Shown: piece by piece, positions 62,201-64,000 of the stretch
Numbering within the stretch: position 1 is the first letter of the stretch
How the letters are laid out: each line of letters opens with the position of its first letter
NCBI GenBank assembly: GCA_002269645.1
Contig: NIVC01000390.1
Location: 539,516-603,515 of the forward strand
DNA: 64,000 nt
Direction of reading: 5' to 3'
From: Macrostomum lignano
Taxonomy: Eukaryota
Notes under the pieces: generated by a model
Database searches by the model: none
What the model saw: the letters and a program-made list of their open reading frames with translations, nothing else
What the model was told of the DNA's origin: nothing
Program-made: the position numbers and the translations under genes

Positions 62201-63626
62201 TAAACTGCCCATAAACACACAGGCAACATAAATAAACTGGCCATAAACACACAGGCAGCATAAATAAACTGGCCATACATGTAAACACACAGGCAGCATA
62301 AATAAACTGGCCATAAACACACAGGCAGCATAAATAAACTGGCCATAAACACACAGGCAGCATAAATAAACTGGCCATACATGTAAACACACAGGCAGCA
62401 TAAATAAACTGGCCATAAACACACAGGCAGCATAAATAAACTGGCCATAAACACGCAGGCAGAATAAATAAACTGGCCATAAACACACAGGCAGCATAAA
62501 TAAACTGCCCACAAATACACAGGCAGCATAAATAAACTGCCCACAAATACACAGGCAGCATAAATAAACTGCCCACAAATACACAGGCAGCATAAATAAA
62601 CAGCCCATAAACACACTGATATCCCATTGACTGCGCAGAGCTCGGAGCAGCCAGGCTGGCCGGAGAAGGTGGCCGGTCACCTGGAGACCATATTCGATCC
62701 CAACACAATGGCCTACATGCACAAGAGCAAGGCGCTGGACTTTCGCATTGACAAGCTGGCCCAGATGGTGAAGTCTCACCTGCCAGCTAATAAATGGTTT
62801 ATCTATGTGTGCCGCAGCAAGCGCCTGGCCAACAGGTGCACAGACTCGGTGTGCAAGGCGCTCGGCGAGGCGCTGGCCCAGCTGGACTGGGTCGGCCTGG
62901 TCACCGGCGGCGGCCCCGGCGCCGACCAGATCGTGTCGCGCCAGTTCAGCTATAGCCGCAGACAGAACAACCAACCGGAGGACACCTGGCACCTGTTGCA
63001 CGACAGCGGCGGCGATAAATCGTCTTCCACATCGGCAGCCGCAGCGCCAAAGTCGCCAAACACCCCGCCACAGTTCGGCAAGAGCCTCGTGTGCGGCGAC
63101 TCCGCTGCCGAGAGGCTGCAAATCGCCGCCCACCTGTGCAGCCTCTGCCTGCTGATTGAGGGCGGCACGAAATCTGTGGAAGAGGCCGACCAGTTCATGT
63201 GGCACGACAAGGTGGTGCTGCCGCTCAAGTGCCTTGGCGGCGCCGCGGCCAGCTACTATGGAGAGAGCGAGCGGCGCTTTGAGGTAGCAGATTTTATTTT
63301 TTTTTGTCATCGATTTTTAATGTTTGCACGCAAAAAATATTAGACATTTCCGTTACTTGCTACTTTCGATGCTGATAGGTAGGATAATTTGCATCGGATA
63401 ACAAATTTAATACTGGAAACTATAACTGTACACTGCTTAGGTGCCTCCGGGCGTTAGTCAGAAACTGTGGAGTAAACTGGCGGTGCCGCTAGACTGCGGC
63501 AATTACACTGCCGAGCACCTGGTGGCCAACGTGCTCAAAATTATTCACAGCCTGCGCGGCTACGAGAAGCGAGCAGCTGCTCAGCAGCGGCCGGGCTTCC
63601 TCTGCAGGCTAAGAGGAACCACGTGA
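53299..63626 (+). CDS. Multidomain protein Ubl-like x2 / TIR (catalytic-position Glu) / degenerate TIR / SLOG, ~991 aa, 11 exons
   Basis: Exons 53299-53596, 54030-54301, 55453-55839, 56430-56674, 58726-58888, 60539-60606, 60691-61112, 61510-61697, 61872-61973, 62639-63283 and 63441-63626; phases are compatible and the total is 2976 nt. TIR: MLISY...VFL|DVDEIALGSDWQDALNDAV...FIPLVTPRY..TQWTNREV..A...K.ILP. SLOG: LVTGGGPGAD, LLIEGGTKSVEEA, VLPLKCLGGAA. Confidence 0.8.
53720..53915. repeat. 22-bp intronic minisatellite (GAGATCTGGCTGAGATAGGATA)
   Basis: About 8 copies. Confidence 0.85.
54400..55400. repeat. 52-bp intronic minisatellite (GATGAGGATCGGGATTCTTATAATTTGAGATAATTTATAAGTTGGGGATATT)
   Basis: About 19 copies. 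Confidence 0.95.
55905..56300. repeat. 47/49-bp alternating intronic minisatellite (AAATCGGAATCCAAAATCCCAAATTTATGGGG...)
   Basis: About 8 copies with a higher-order 96-bp dimer. Confidence 0.9.
56705..57116. repeat. 23-bp intronic minisatellite (GGGACTCGCTTTCAGGCTGTACT)
   Basis: About 17 copies, most containing TTTCAG|G. Confidence 0.95.
57575..58693. repeat. 31-bp intronic minisatellite (TCTGAGGGTCATTCAGTGAACTGCTGTATCT)
   Basis: About 36 copies ending ~30 nt before exon 5. Confidence 0.95.
58920..60495. repeat. 20-bp minisatellite (AGAAGAGCGCCAGAGACTAT) split by an insertion
   Basis: Copies at 58920-59019 and 60140-60495. Confidence 0.9.
59020..60130 (-). mobile_element. Solo LTR (1111 bp), 4-bp TSD
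   Basis: TGTGGTGA...TCATGACA termini (TG...CA with a short imperfect inverted repeat), CTAT on both sides, no coding capacity. Orientation is tentative, based on a minus-strand ATTAAA near 59670. Confidence 0.7.
61140..61322. repeat. 43-bp intronic repeat x4 (GTGCAGTGTGCCATTTTCTA.TGCGTGTGTTTATGGCTTGGGA)
   Basis: Direct tandem copies after the exon-7 donor. Confidence 0.85.
62050..62616. repeat. 32-bp intronic minisatellite (AAACACACAGGCAGCATAAATAAACTGGCCAT)
   Basis: About 17 copies. Confidence 0.95.
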
Positions 63627-63754
63627 CCTTGCCTGTAGGGTTGTCTGACAATTTTTACTGATTCTAGTGTACTTATTTGATTGCATGCATATTCATTTTT
63701 ATTTTTGTATATCAATATCACTTTTGTGAATTCTGTGGTGCAATCAAATCCACA

Positions 63755-64000
63755 ACTGATCAATCACACTGGGGAAATCATCTATCACACTGGGGAAATC
63801 ATCAATCACAATTGGGAAATCATCAATCACAATCGGGAAATCATCAATCACAATCGGGATATCATCAATCACAATTGGGAAATCATCAATCACAATCGGG
63901 AAGTCATCTATCACAATTGGGAAATCATCAATCACAATCGGGAAATCATCTATCACAATTGGGAAATCATCAATCACAATCGGGAAATCATCAATCACAA
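63755..64000. repeat. 21-bp minisatellite (ATCAATCACAATTGGGAAATC), running off the window end
   Basis: Direct tandem copies. Confidence 0.9.

Noticed and set aside
62042-63310. 422-aa minus-strand ORF and the related Cys-rich ORFs
   Set aside because: Antisense shadow of the GC-rich SLOG exon plus the 32-bp intronic repeat.
53299-63626. Bacterial contamination as the source of the TIR-SLOG gene
   Set aside because: Ten phase-compatible GT-AG introns with host-style minisatellites, and codon usage like the neighbouring host genes. Ancient horizontal transfer is not excluded.

Overview
Eukaryotic (animal) genomic DNA: GC-rich exons with canonical GT-AG introns, AT-rich spacers, and almost every intron or UTR filled by its own minisatellite. 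This style resembles the flatworm Macrostomum, which is an inference I cannot verify here. Contents from left to right: MITE-like and low-complexity DNA; two exons of an unidentified minus-strand gene (3.6-4.4 kb); a heavily C>T/G>A-mutated mariner-type transposase remnant (10.5-11.1 kb); a tandem birth-and-death array of intronless TRIM-like RING/coiled-coil/beta-rich E3 genes (three intact, one 3' fragment, one gene-less unit; 12-26 kb) whose coiled-coil cores are near-identical between copies; and a co-oriented plus-strand run of genes. That run comprises a METTL21-family methyltransferase, DDX27, two RING-H2/coiled-coil paralogues, LYRM9 abutting or fused to ALKBH4 (with a 1-bp frameshift), two paralogous secreted helical proteins with a long-chain four-helix cytokine-like layout, and an 11-exon, ~991-aa gene with the architecture Ubl-like x2 / TIR with catalytic-position Glu / degenerate TIR / SLOG. 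The TIR+SLOG pairing recalls bacterial Thoeris signalling and is the best candidate for an undescribed system. Mobile DNA includes a tRNA-derived CORE-SINE, a decayed LINE, a solo LTR and several inverted-repeat elements. All domain calls come from motif recognition by eye; no database searches were run.
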